Source: an uncultured virus (IMG/VR IMGVR_UViG_3300025158_000014) (Duplodnaviria; Heunggongvirae; Uroviricota; Caudoviricetes). Taken from it: a DNA stretch of 20,000 nucleotides. The stretch is taken from the IMG/VR virus record IMGVR_UViG_3300025158_000014; one strand, 5' to 3'. A program made the translations under genes and the position numbers. Below the pieces are notes generated by a model. It saw nothing but the letters and a program-made list of their open reading frames with translations, did no database searches and was not told the origin of the DNA. This document shows, in pieces, positions 7,029 through 15,862 of the stretch (positions are counted from its first letter, which is position 1; each line of letters begins with the position of its first letter).

Positions 7029-8715
7029 TTAAGTCACATTAATTCTATGCGAAATGTCTTTTGCTTGAATCTGTATACGATAAAATTTTGTTGTATAATC
7101 ACCAGAAGTCGTATAGTGCGCATAATTAAAATGGAGTGCTTGCTCCGACCAGATAACCATCTCCATTAATATATGGACTTAGTATCGACCAAGAATCACG
7201 AATCCTGATTTCGTTTGAATTTAATGATACATTATCTATAACAAACAAATTATCAACAGATGAACTGCTATCAATTTTAAACCTAACAGTCATATTATCA
7301 GTGTCAACAATCGGTGTTGTTATTAAAGTTTCATCCGCTGATAATATAGTGTGATCTGTTGTCCCATCCTGTATCAGAATTCCGTAATATTTTTTTATTT
7401 TTGACAAATCGATATAATTCATATCTTCTGATAATAATGTCAAACCTTCGCCACCATCATAAACTTGAATTGATGTAATAACATCAACATCAGATTCATA
7501 CAAAGGTGCGACCCCTATACCGGATGAAATAAAAGATCCAATATCTTGATAGGCATATACATAAGAAGAGGGCGATATATCTCTTCCCTGAAAATACAAA
7601 GATTCTGTAATATAACCATCCAAAGGCATAACATCATCAACGGGACCATAAAAATCCTCACACCCCATAATTCTAGCGTCATAGTTTTGGTTATTTACAA
7701 TTCTTCCGTTGAGATTTGTACAGTTAATAAGTTTACAATTTTTCGATACAATAATATCACCTTTATCAAAAACACAATCAACAAAGACATTATTACTATA
7801 CATATACCCAATATCAAAATAACATCCAATTGCATAGAGTTTGGCAATATAAACTCCATTTAAACTCATAAAATTACAATTAATGGCTTGGCTACCAGCA
7901 CCTCTTCCTGTTGTGGCAAATTCATTAAAATCCCCTCCATAAAAATCAAAAGTATCAAGATTATATGACATTGACACATAATAATTCCATTGATTTAACG
8001 TAATACTACTTGATCTGTGAGAAAAAAATTCAACATTCTGGTTTATTATCTCTTGACCATCAACAGTCATCGCGAAATTCTTAAATTCTATACGACAATT
8101 CTTTGAAACTCTCCAACCAATTTCTTCAACAAAATCAATAACATCGTTATGGTCTTCTATGGTCAAGAATGTACCAGACTCATCAATGGATTGTATTCTA
8201 AAATATACTATTCCTTCACCAAGTTCTATGTAATCACCCACTTCAATGCGATAAGGTGTAAGTGAAGTTAAACCATCAGATGCAAGAGTATTCCAATTAA
8301 AATTATCAGCATAAACTCTATCGCCACCTAAACTACAGGAAATAGTCTTATAACCCGATTGTATAATTGTAGGAGGATTAACAGAATAATCATAGTAGTT
8401 TTGATAATCCTTATCATAATAAATTTTCATATTATGAAAAGTAGCGCCGTCATTAATAATAACTTTCGTTGTACTTCTACTCACACCATGGATACGTAAT
8501 ACGTCATCTGGTCTGTTATTCATATCCCTAAGTATATCTCTGGTTAACACGTGATTACCTTCTCGCAGAAAAATATTCCAGTCACCGGCATCATATGCAT
8601 CGTTGATTGAAGTGTAATCCCCTTTACCAGATAAATCAACAACCTTCCATTCCCCTGTCATTGGGTGAAGTGTTGTTTTTTTGTCTTTTATATAAAAATC
8701 ATTTAATTCTGACAT
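7029..8715 (-). CDS. Paralogue C of tandem putative virion/receptor-binding family: 529 aa as read, 561 aa if the +1 frameshift at 7128-7131 is corrected
   Basis: Shares KKTTLHPM-G-W-VD-G-GDY, YADNFNWNTLA, YYG...DG-TD-TI and SWSIL-P blocks with its neighbours. The +1 frame adds NYAHYTTSGDYTTKFYRIQIQAKDISHRINVT*, which aligns with the paralogue C-termini. Confidence 0.75.
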
Positions 8716-8735
8716 TATTATCTCCTTGAAAATAA

Positions 8736-10397
8736 TTAATAATAATCTATCCTTGGTATATGGAGAGGTTTTGGTTGAACTTGGACATAATAAACGTTAC
8801 CGAATCTATTCACCGAACCACCATCATATACATAGGGAAAATATAGAGAAGATCCTTTTAACACACCATCATAGATAAAAGGTTCTAATATTGACCACGA
8901 ATCTTTTAACCTTATATTATAATAATCTATAGACTCAATTAAAAATGTTTCACTAACAGCGCCCTCATATTGACCTTGATACAACATACCTATATTATCA
9001 CTTTGTGTTATATTATTATTATGTAAAATGTTACCCTGATCAGATGTTAGAATAGTGTCATCCGTAAGACCATCACGGGTTAATATTCCATAATACCGTT
9101 TCATCCCAGAGAAATCAAATCCCTTTATATCATGATATGGTTGTATTGTTCCACTATTATACACATCGATAGCTGTTATAAGATCATGAGTAGCTTCATA
9201 TGCTCCGGTATTCGAGATAAACTGCCCTGCTTTATAAAAGCGATCTTTAGTTGAAACGATAGTTCTTCCTGAAAAAGTTAAAGTTTCGGTAAGTCTACCA
9301 TTTCTGGGAATAATACTATCAATTTTACCATCAACATCCAAACATCCAACGAATCTGACCTTATTATCATAATTATACAATTTACACTTTATACCTCTAC
9401 ACCCAATTAAGGATAAGTTTGTACCATCATCAATAAAAAAATTTTCATCAAAGATGCAATTAATAAAAGTTGAATTTCCATAACATACGATATCTTCAAA
9501 ATAACAATCAAAGAATTTACCTCTTGATATATAAGGGGATAGATCCTCAGAAAGAGTATTGAAATTTCTGATAGTACTACCAGAACCCATACCATCATAA
9601 CAAAAGTTGATAGAACCACCCGTGAGAGGCAAATAACCACCTGTGACATCAACATTATCTATTTTATATGCAACGGGACATGATACATTCCAGTCGTTAC
9701 TTCTGTTATCATGATTGATAAAATCTCGTCTACCAGAATCATAGGTATCAATTAATTCTGGATGATCCGCATATAAGTGGATGTTAGAAAGTTCTAGTTT
9801 GAATTCTTTGGTTATAAAGAAATAGTCATAATTGATGATATCTTCGCAGTCATTATGACCATCAATTACAAGGTAACTACCATCAGCGGATATCTCCCTT
9901 ATCCTGAAATATTGTGAATAAGTGAGTGATATATAACTTCCGACTTGTATACAAGGTCTTGTTTCTGATAACAAAATCCAATCAAAATTGTTTGCATAAA
10001 CTTTGTTATCACCAAGTGAACAAGATATAAATCTTTCTTTTATTGCGCCACTTGGTGGGTTTGTGTTATAATCATAACCGTTATCAAAATCTTCCGTAAA
10101 ATAAGGAATTATATTATACATAATATTACCATTAGTATATATCAACTTTGTCGTTGATTTACTCTCACCATGTATTCTAAGGGGTATATCACCTTGAACT
10201 GACAAGTCATAACGCATACTATCTGTCATGACATGATCACCTGTGGTTAAAAATAAGTTATAATGACCATCATTAAATGCATCTGTAACCGACACATAAT
10301 CACCGTCACCATTCACATCAACAATCGTCCAATCACCATACATTGGATGAAGTGTTGTTTTTTTATATTTTGTATATAAGTTATTTAATTGTGTCAT
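8736..10397 (-). CDS. Paralogue B, putative beta-helix-like virion/receptor-binding protein
   Basis: 553 aa, AGGAG RBS. VDVNGDGDYVSVTDA resembles the start of pectin-lyase-like beta-helices; repeated NC-F rungs. Confidence 0.75.
   Translation of the reverse strand: MTQLNNLYTKYKKTTLHPMYGDWTIVDVNGDGDYVSVTDAFNDGHYNLFLTTGDHVMTDSMRYDLSVQGDIPLRIHGESKSTTKLIYTNGNIMYNIIPYFTEDFDNGYDYNTNPPSGAIKERFISCSLGDNKVYANNFDWILLSETRPCIQVGSYISLTYSQYFRIREISADGSYLVIDGHNDCEDIINYDYFFITKEFKLELSNIHLYADHPELIDTYDSGRRDFINHDNRSNDWNVSCPVAYKIDNVDVTGGYLPLTGGSINFCYDGMGSGSTIRNFNTLSEDLSPYISRGKFFDCYFEDIVCYGNSTFINCIFDENFFIDDGTNLSLIGCRGIKCKLYNYDNKVRFVGCLDVDGKIDSIIPRNGRLTETLTFSGRTIVSTKDRFYKAGQFISNTGAYEATHDLITAIDVYNSGTIQPYHDIKGFDFSGMKRYYGILTRDGLTDDTILTSDQGNILHNNNITQSDNIGMLYQGQYEGAVSETFLIESIDYYNIRLKDSWSILEPFIYDGVLKGSSLYFPYVYDGGSVNRFGNVYYVQVQPKPLHIPRIDYY
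10266..10389. repeat. 124-bp perfect direct repeat, copy 1
   Basis: Identical to 11980-12103; covers the 5' coding end of paralogue B. Confidence 0.95.
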
Positions 10398-10428
10398 TAC
10401 GTTCTCCTACTTTCATGTGAATGATTGA

Positions 10429-12111
10429 TCATAAACTTAACCAAAACCTTGAAATATTGTCTCTTATCTGAGCTTGAACATAAAAGGTATAATATGGATT
10501 ATATACAGGGTTATACACATAAGGGAAGTATATAGATCTATTATTAATAAATTTACCCTCATATAAATAGGGGCTTAATATTGTCCATGAATTATTTAAC
10601 CTCATTTCTTGGTTAGGATCTAAATCACTAGTGTCAATAATAAATGATGTAGTTGTTTGTCCAGATGAAACAAGCCACACAGATAAATTATCGGATAACA
10701 ATACTTCATTATTAAAAAGAACATTATCAGTACCAAAATTAAAAATGGTATGGTCAGTAACACCATCTTGAGTGAATGTACCATAATAACGTTTTATTTT
10801 ACTGAAATCTAATTGATTATATTGATATTCATATCTAACACCTGTTGGTGTATATATTACTTCAACAGAAGTTATCATATCTTCATTACTTTCGTATGCA
10901 CGGTATAGGGATTTGAAATTATCAACAAAAACAAATTTATCTGCGACAGTCGCACCATTGGTACCAGTAAAAACAAGCAATTCAGTTTTCCTGCCCTGTG
11001 AGGGCATTACATCTTCAACATCACCGTTCACATCTCTACATCCTATTACTCTAGACGTGGAAGTAATATTAAGTATTCTGCTGTTAAGTAAACTACAACC
11101 TATAAGTGTACACCTATCAGACATATACAAATCATCACTGTCATCTATAACACAGTTTATTAGTGTAGAGTTATTATAAAGCTCAATTTCATCAAAATAA
11201 CAGTTTGTTGCTGACAACCCCGGTAGATATAATCGCCCTTTTGATAATGTATTAAAATTATTGACAGTTGAAATGCTCCCAACTCCATCATAAGAAAACC
11301 TGATAACGTCCCCGTTACCCGTATTGCCACCATAAAAATCAACGCATTTAATATCACATGATATTCCTGCTCCTACACACCAACTATTCGTTGCAATACC
11401 ATTTAAACTCCCACTCGGGAATATAATAAATTCGGTATTGTATTCCTCAAACGTATCAATTACTGACGCATCAGCAAATATAGTAATATTTTCAAGATTT
11501 AGTTTGATCTCTTTGGATATAATCCAATAAGTTTGATTAATAAAATCACCTGAAATATTATGCCTGTTTAGTACAATAAATGCACCAGCAGGATCAATTG
11601 AAATTATTTCATAAAACTCATTATTATTCAATACTATACAATCACCGACATTAATACTATATTTTGAGGGATAAGCTGTTGCCAGAGTATTCCAATTAAA
11701 ATTATCCGCGTAAACTTTATCAGAACCATTTATAACTGTTATACTATTTACCGATTCATAATAATCCGGCGTTTCCAATGAGTAATCATAATTTGAAGTA
11801 TATCCGGTTTGTGTATAAGGTACAAGTTGATGCATAACATTTGCAGTATTCAATATAAGTCTTGTTGTCGCTTTAGTTACTCCATGAATTCGTAATGGAA
11901 TGTTACCCATAGTATCAAGGTCGTAATATATACTTTCAGTTAAATAATGATCACCTTCTTGTAGAAATAAATCATATTTACCATCATTAAATGCATCTGT
12001 AACCGACACATAATCACCGTCACCATTCACATCAACAATCGTCCAATCACCATACATTGGATGAAGTGTTGTTTTTTTATATTTTGTATATAAGTTATTT
12101 AATCGGGCCAT
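10429..12111 (-). CDS. Paralogue A, putative beta-helix-like virion/receptor-binding protein
   Basis: 560 aa, AGGAGG RBS, late-promoter-like CATAAATA upstream, same conserved blocks. Confidence 0.75.
   Translation of the reverse strand: MARLNNLYTKYKKTTLHPMYGDWTIVDVNGDGDYVSVTDAFNDGKYDLFLQEGDHYLTESIYYDLDTMGNIPLRIHGVTKATTRLILNTANVMHQLVPYTQTGYTSNYDYSLETPDYYESVNSITVINGSDKVYADNFNWNTLATAYPSKYSINVGDCIVLNNNEFYEIISIDPAGAFIVLNRHNISGDFINQTYWIISKEIKLNLENITIFADASVIDTFEEYNTEFIIFPSGSLNGIATNSWCVGAGISCDIKCVDFYGGNTGNGDVIRFSYDGVGSISTVNNFNTLSKGRLYLPGLSATNCYFDEIELYNNSTLINCVIDDSDDLYMSDRCTLIGCSLLNSRILNITSTSRVIGCRDVNGDVEDVMPSQGRKTELLVFTGTNGATVADKFVFVDNFKSLYRAYESNEDMITSVEVIYTPTGVRYEYQYNQLDFSKIKRYYGTFTQDGVTDHTIFNFGTDNVLFNNEVLLSDNLSVWLVSSGQTTTSFIIDTSDLDPNQEMRLNNSWTILSPYLYEGKFINNRSIYFPYVYNPVYNPYYTFYVQAQIRDNISRFWLSL
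11980..12103. repeat. 124-bp perfect direct repeat, copy 2
   Basis: Identical to 10266-10389. Confidence 0.95.
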
Positions 12112-12153
12112 ACAAGTGCGCCTCCTGTAATATAAAGAACTATGTCTTATGTA

Positions 12154-12161
12154 TATTTATG
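12154..12161 (-). promoter_or_regulatory. Late-promoter-like motif
   Basis: CATAAATA (1 mismatch to TATAAATA) ~45 nt upstream of paralogue A. Confidence 0.45.
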
Positions 12162-12177
12162 AAAAAAATAAATACAC

Positions 12178-12207
12178 AAAAACCCTGACCAGTAAATGAT
12201 CAGGGTT
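12178..12207 (-). terminator. Intrinsic terminator after NADAR
   Basis: AACCCTGA / TCAGGGTT stem followed by a T run on the minus strand. Confidence 0.65.
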
Positions 12208-12235
12208 ATAAAACGGAAGGGTGACGATATTATTA

Positions 12236-12685
12236 TTATTTGATGTAATGGGATCGTATTCTTTCTCGTATCAACATCAAAATTTTACCAAGAAAATTAT
12301 TTTTGGTATAACCGATACAATTAACGCAGTAACAATGACCCCAATAGCAGTCATGCCACCAGTTACCTTCGATCAGTCTATCATCACCTGTATTCAATAA
12401 TTTTTCGCGTAATATCTTATCACTGAATTTCTCGACAATAATATCATACATAACAGAAACTTTTATTTTGTCCCAATCGTCACGCTTTTTTATTTTCTGA
12501 CCAAGCTTCTTTGATTCTTTGGGACTCAATTTAACAAATTCTTGGTGTAATTTTATATCCAAAGACTTATGTGCTTGATATGCGGTCTCAGATGAAGAAT
12601 ATGTTAACCCTTTATAAGTCACCGGATTTTCATAAAAATTACTTAACCAATTGTATTCATTATGAAATTGTTTAACCGAATTCAC
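12236..12685 (-). CDS. NADAR (YbiA/gp30.3-like) family protein
   Basis: WLSNFY, SETAYQAHK, KKLG, RDDW, KF, LLNTG, LIEGN, YWG, NFLGKILM. Likely GTG start at 12685 after GGGGTG; the track start is 12739. Confidence 0.93.
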   Translation of the reverse strand: MNSVKQFHNEYNWLSNFYENPVTYKGLTYSSSETAYQAHKSLDIKLHQEFVKLSPKESKKLGQKIKKRDDWDKIKVSVMYDIIVEKFSDKILREKLLNTGDDRLIEGNWWHDCYWGHCYCVNCIGYTKNNFLGKILMLIRERIRSHYIK

Positions 12686-12689
12686 AAAA

Positions 12690-12890
12690 TTAACACCCCC
12701 TGAAAGGGTCTGTCCCGGTAAACCACTCCTTTTGATCAATCATTGACTCAACGACAGCCATAGAAACATTGTTATAATTATATTCTCTACCATCACGTGA
12801 ATTAAAGGTTACTCCGAATAGACCATTGTTAAGATCTTCAACAATACACCCTATGAACTTTTCTGAATAAAAGAAATCTCCAACTTTCAT
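12690..12890 (-). CDS. Hypothetical protein
   Basis: 66 aa; ATGA overlap with the upstream ORF. Confidence 0.65.
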   Translation of the reverse strand: MKVGDFFYSEKFIGCIVEDLNNGLFGVTFNSRDGREYNYNNVSMAVVESMIDQKEWFTGTDPFRGC

Positions 12891-13135
12891 GAAAACCCCC
12901 GTCTCCCACCTCGACTTTGATTTGTTTCGAATCGCTTGTCTTGTAACTCAAACCTCAATCGTTCATTTTCTTCTAGTAGAAATAAGTTATCTTCCTGCAG
13001 ATCATCAACGATATCGATGCATTTTTCAACAATCATAGTCATATTTATAACTTTTTTATCAGTCGTGGTAGAACGAATGGATTCCATTAGTTCTGAAATT
13101 TTGTTGATTGTTTTCTTATTCATTTTCAGATTCAT
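12887..13135 (-). CDS. Hypothetical coiled-coil protein
   Basis: 82 aa with the heptad-like segment LQEDNLFLLEENERLRFEL. Confidence 0.65.
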   Translation of the reverse strand: MNLKMNKKTINKISELMESIRSTTTDKKVINMTMIVEKCIDIVDDLQEDNLFLLEENERLRFELQDKRFETNQSRGGRRGFS

Positions 13136-13234
13136 TGAGTGATACCTATATTAAAAATTTCAACTTTTTCATTTACCCGTTTATAATCAGAACCTCGTGA
13201 TTTTTGTTAACATCATTAAACTCAATAATTATTT

Positions 13235-13435
13235 TTAACCTTTTGTGGCAGGGATATTACCATCCATGTCCAGATTTTCGTAAGGATCAAGTCTACCCTC
13301 ACATACAGGACAACTCCACTCATCAAACGATTCCTTATTTACAAAAAATGCATGCTGTGTATGTTCACATTTATCACATTTTTTGGGTATCATAACCAGT
13401 ATAATTTTTTTAGGATCAATTGTTCTGTTAGTCAT
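13235..13435 (-). CDS. Small zinc-ribbon protein
   Basis: CDKC...WSCPVC; overlaps the upstream ORF's stop. Confidence 0.7.
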   Translation of the reverse strand: MTNRTIDPKKIILVMIPKKCDKCEHTQHAFFVNKESFDEWSCPVCEGRLDPYENLDMDGNIPATKG

Positions 13436-13727
13436 GATTAAATTTATCTACTACCAGCATAATACCGTAAACAATTAACAATACGACAACAAACAGAAGG
13501 ATAATTGATAGCAATACTAACAATGATCCAAGGACTACCGACAACGGAATCCATATAGGTGCTAATACAATAACCCAGCTAATGTCTGCTATACCGGTAA
13601 TTTTAATGATAGCCAAAATAAATAACATAATCCATAAAATATTTCCACTATAAAGTTCTGTAGAATTTTCTACAGTCTCATCCGGTTCAACAGTTTCACT
13701 TGTTTTAACTTCATATTTAAATGACAT
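13428..13727 (-). CDS. Small membrane protein (TMEM185-like motif common in phages)
   Basis: IKITGIADISWVIVLAPIWIP with long hydrophobic segments; AAGGA RBS. Confidence 0.75.
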   Translation of the reverse strand: MSFKYEVKTSETVEPDETVENSTELYSGNILWIMLFILAIIKITGIADISWVIVLAPIWIPLSVVLGSLLVLLSIILLFVVVLLIVYGIMLVVDKFNHD

Positions 13728-13895
13728 AATAATTCCTTTTTAATTTAAAATCCATTGGTGTTTCTTTTTAAAAGAACATCGGAAGATACGGAATGTATTG
13801 GTAGTAATAAGAAAAATAAAACACAATGTCAGCGGCACAATTGTATAGAGCGTTCTTCATTATAAATCTCCTTATGTTAGATTTGTTTGGTATTT

Positions 13896-14198
13896 TTACC
13901 GAAGGTAGGCTGGACCGTAAGGACCCATAGTCGCAAGACCATTCTTCTCATCAAAAATGTTTCCCCTTGAATGTTTCGCGGGTTTCGACCAGCCCGCTGG
14001 CTTAAGAACATTACCGTTGGTCATATCAACAAAAGAATGAACACTCGAACCATTGATAACTTTGACGTACCTGTGACCAACTTTATAATCAAAGACACTC
14101 TTTTCGTGGATGAAACCGTTATTTTCCCAATATTGATCAAAAATATCTTTACATCCTTGGAGATACAGATCAAAAGACTTTTTAAATTCGGGGGTCAT
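13896..14198 (-). CDS. Conserved phage hypothetical protein
   Basis: SVHSFVD...GNVLKPAGWSKPAKHSRGNI, a pattern I recall from large-phage early genes; has its own sigma70 promoter. Confidence 0.8.
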   Translation of the reverse strand: MTPEFKKSFDLYLQGCKDIFDQYWENNGFIHEKSVFDYKVGHRYVKVINGSSVHSFVDMTNGNVLKPAGWSKPAKHSRGNIFDEKNGLATMGPYGPAYLR

Positions 14199-14241
14199 CT
14201 TTTTTTTCCTTTCTCAAGGGGTTTTCGTCACCAACAAATAT

Positions 14242-14270
14242 ATAATACATCTATATTTCACGGTTGTCAA
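14242..14270 (-). promoter_or_regulatory. Sigma70 (early) promoter
   Basis: TTGACA-N17-TATTAT. Confidence 0.7.
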
Positions 14271-14548
14271 CAAATACCTAGTCGTGATAGATAAGAATCA
14301 TGAATCTCGTCACCACAAGAACCGACATCAGAGAGTTTAGTGATAATTAATTTTTCCCCATTAGGCTGACCCACATTCATACTAAGTTTATTTAATTTTG
14401 ATTTACAAATGGTACATGTTACGCGATCAGTGACTTTTGTGAACCGATATCTAGGCGTCATCTCACGGTTACATAAAGTTTTGATTGATGTATGCTCGTC
14501 ATACGTCCGTGGATCTATTTCTGAATAATGAACAACTCGTCTATCCAT
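14267..14548 (-). CDS. Hypothetical protein, putative Zn-binding
   Basis: H...TLC...VTCTIC pattern; GAAAGGA RBS. Confidence 0.7.
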   Translation of the reverse strand: MDRRVVHYSEIDPRTYDEHTSIKTLCNREMTPRYRFTKVTDRVTCTICKSKLNKLSMNVGQPNGEKLIITKLSDVGSCGDEIHDSYLSRLGIC

Positions 14549-14578
14549 ACAAATATCCTTTCGTTTGAGTTACTAATA

Positions 14579-14650
14579 ACAGTATCATGGTATAAACACA
14601 AAGTCAACACAAAAATAATCATTGACTATAAAATTCATCAGGTGTATTAT
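14579..14650. promoter_or_regulatory. Divergent pair of sigma70 promoters
   Basis: Minus strand TTGACT-N17-TACTGT (14607-14579, with TG extension); plus strand TTGACT-N17-TATTAT (14622-14650). Confidence 0.7.
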
Positions 14651-14697
14651 GTGTATGTATCAAGGGCTTGCGTGACAAAACATAATAGGAGTTTTAG

Positions 14698-14997
14698 ATG
14701 AAAAATCCTTTAATCGCAAAGACAATAGCTGAGCAAATGGGTGGGTTTGGTTGTCTCAAATGTATGGTGGGTGCTTATAATTTCATCGATTGTGGCGCAG
14801 GAGTTTCGTTCCGATTCAAGGGTTCAAAAATTGCCAATTACATTAAAGTAACCCTCACCCCCCTTGATGAGTATGATGTTGAAATTGGTAAAGTTTTCGG
14901 TACTAAATACACCATTAAGAAAGAATGTAAGGGTATATATTTTGATCAACTTAAACCTGTATTTGAAAGCACCACAAAACTCTACCTCTCTCTTTAA
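14698..14997 (+). CDS. Conserved phage hypothetical protein
   Basis: 99 aa, AGGAG RBS; IAKTIAEQMGG...MVGA...NYIKVTL..D.Y pattern. Confidence 0.8.
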   Translation: MKNPLIAKTIAEQMGGFGCLKCMVGAYNFIDCGAGVSFRFKGSKIANYIKVTLTPLDEYDVEIGKVFGTKYTIKKECKGIYFDQLKPVFESTTKLYLSL

Positions 14998-15035
14998 AGT
15001 TCAGTTGTAATTATCCCTAACACAAGGAGTTTTTT

Positions 15036-15146
15036 ATGTTTGAAGTATTGATGGTTTTAATGTTCCTCATTCTCCCCTTAACTCATATCATCCCAGAGGA
15101 AGGTCTCGTTTTGGTCAAAGTAAAGACCACACCAAATAAAAATTAA
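15036..15146 (+). CDS. 36-aa hydrophobic peptide (absent from the track)
   Basis: AAGGAG RBS; MFEVLMVLMFLILPLTHIIPEEGLVLVKVKTTPNKN*. Confidence 0.55.
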   Translation: MFEVLMVLMFLILPLTHIIPEEGLVLVKVKTTPNKN

Positions 15147-15153
15147 AGGGAGG

Positions 15154-15182
15154 TTGACATATACATTTTTTCATGTTAGACT
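15154..15182 (+). promoter_or_regulatory. Sigma70 promoter
   Basis: TTGACA-N17-TAGACT with TG extension. Confidence 0.6.
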
Positions 15183-15188
15183 AAGGTT

Positions 15189-15256
15189 ATCCACCAAAGG
15201 GAAATATAATTATATATAAGGGTATATATGAATTTTAATTCATATATACCCTTTTT
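15189..15256 (+). ncRNA. Candidate ~68-nt small RNA
   Basis: Lies between the promoter and a perfect 16-bp hairpin (15218-15253) with T tail; no convincing ORF. Confidence 0.35.
15218..15256 (+). terminator. Hairpin / terminator
   Basis: AAGGGTATATATGAAT-ttta-ATTCATATATACCCTT followed by TTT. Confidence 0.7.
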
Positions 15257-15320
15257 AGTATCATTAGTGCATTTTAGATAAATAAAAGAAACGATAAAAA
15301 AAAAACACAAAGGAGAAAAA

Positions 15321-15485
15321 ATGGAATTTGATATAAAAAAATTAACTGATAAAATAACTGATAAGATGATCACTTTTGGAAAAGATGCTCTTGATTGGTT
15401 GGATATTAAATCAGAAAAAATTCGTAGATCATATTTGATTATTGCAGTGGTAGTTTTGCTAGTTGCATTTGTTATTGCACTTTAA
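15321..15485 (+). CDS. 54-aa protein with C-terminal transmembrane helix (absent from the track)
   Basis: AAAGGAG RBS; MEFDIKKLTDK...RRSYLIIAVVVLLVAFVIAL*; late-like GATAAATA at 15277-15284. Confidence 0.7.
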   Translation: MEFDIKKLTDKITDKMITFGKDALDWLDIKSEKIRRSYLIIAVVVLLVAFVIAL

Positions 15486-15493
15486 TTATTTAA

Positions 15494-15524
15494 TTGAGAG
15501 GGCTTCTTAAAAAAGCCTTCTCAA
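15494..15524. terminator. Bidirectional terminator between convergent genes
   Basis: TTGAGAGGGCTT / AAGCCTTCTCAA stem. Confidence 0.7.
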
Positions 15525-15531
15525 AGTTTTA

Positions 15532-15840
15532 TCAGTCATGACAAGATGTACATCCTTGATCCTCTTGTATTTTCATCTCTTCTGGCGTAAGGACTGTTAA
15601 AGGTCTTAATCTTCCGTCTGGCTCCATTGCGAACTTACTTTGATAATCCCCCCAATGGGTGTCGTTATACCCCCATGATTTCATTTTATCTTCATCAGTG
15701 AGATATGGGTTGGTCTGATCATTTATGATCCATCCATAGGTAGGTGATTTGGATATTTTTTCAAAAACACCTAAATGTTCCAATCCGATTATTAAGCATA
15801 TAGCTAATAACATGTATATAGTGAATTTACCATATATCAT
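15532..15840 (-). CDS. Membrane-anchored or exported protein with C-terminal CxxCH motif
   Basis: N-terminal hydrophobic helix FTIYMLLAICLIIGL; ends GCTSCHD. Confidence 0.7.
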   Translation of the reverse strand: MIYGKFTIYMLLAICLIIGLEHLGVFEKISKSPTYGWIINDQTNPYLTDEDKMKSWGYNDTHWGDYQSKFAMEPDGRLRPLTVLTPEEMKIQEDQGCTSCHD

Positions 15841-15862
15841 GATTCTTTCCCCGTAACATTTT

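Noticed and set aside
7029..12111. Diversity-generating retroelement explanation for the paralogue repeats
   Set aside because: No reverse transcriptase in the window. The repeat is 5'-located and perfectly identical, with no adenine-specific mismatches.
15176..15373. 65-aa minus-strand ORF
   Set aside because: Runs antisense through a hairpin and the RBS-supported 15321-15485 gene.
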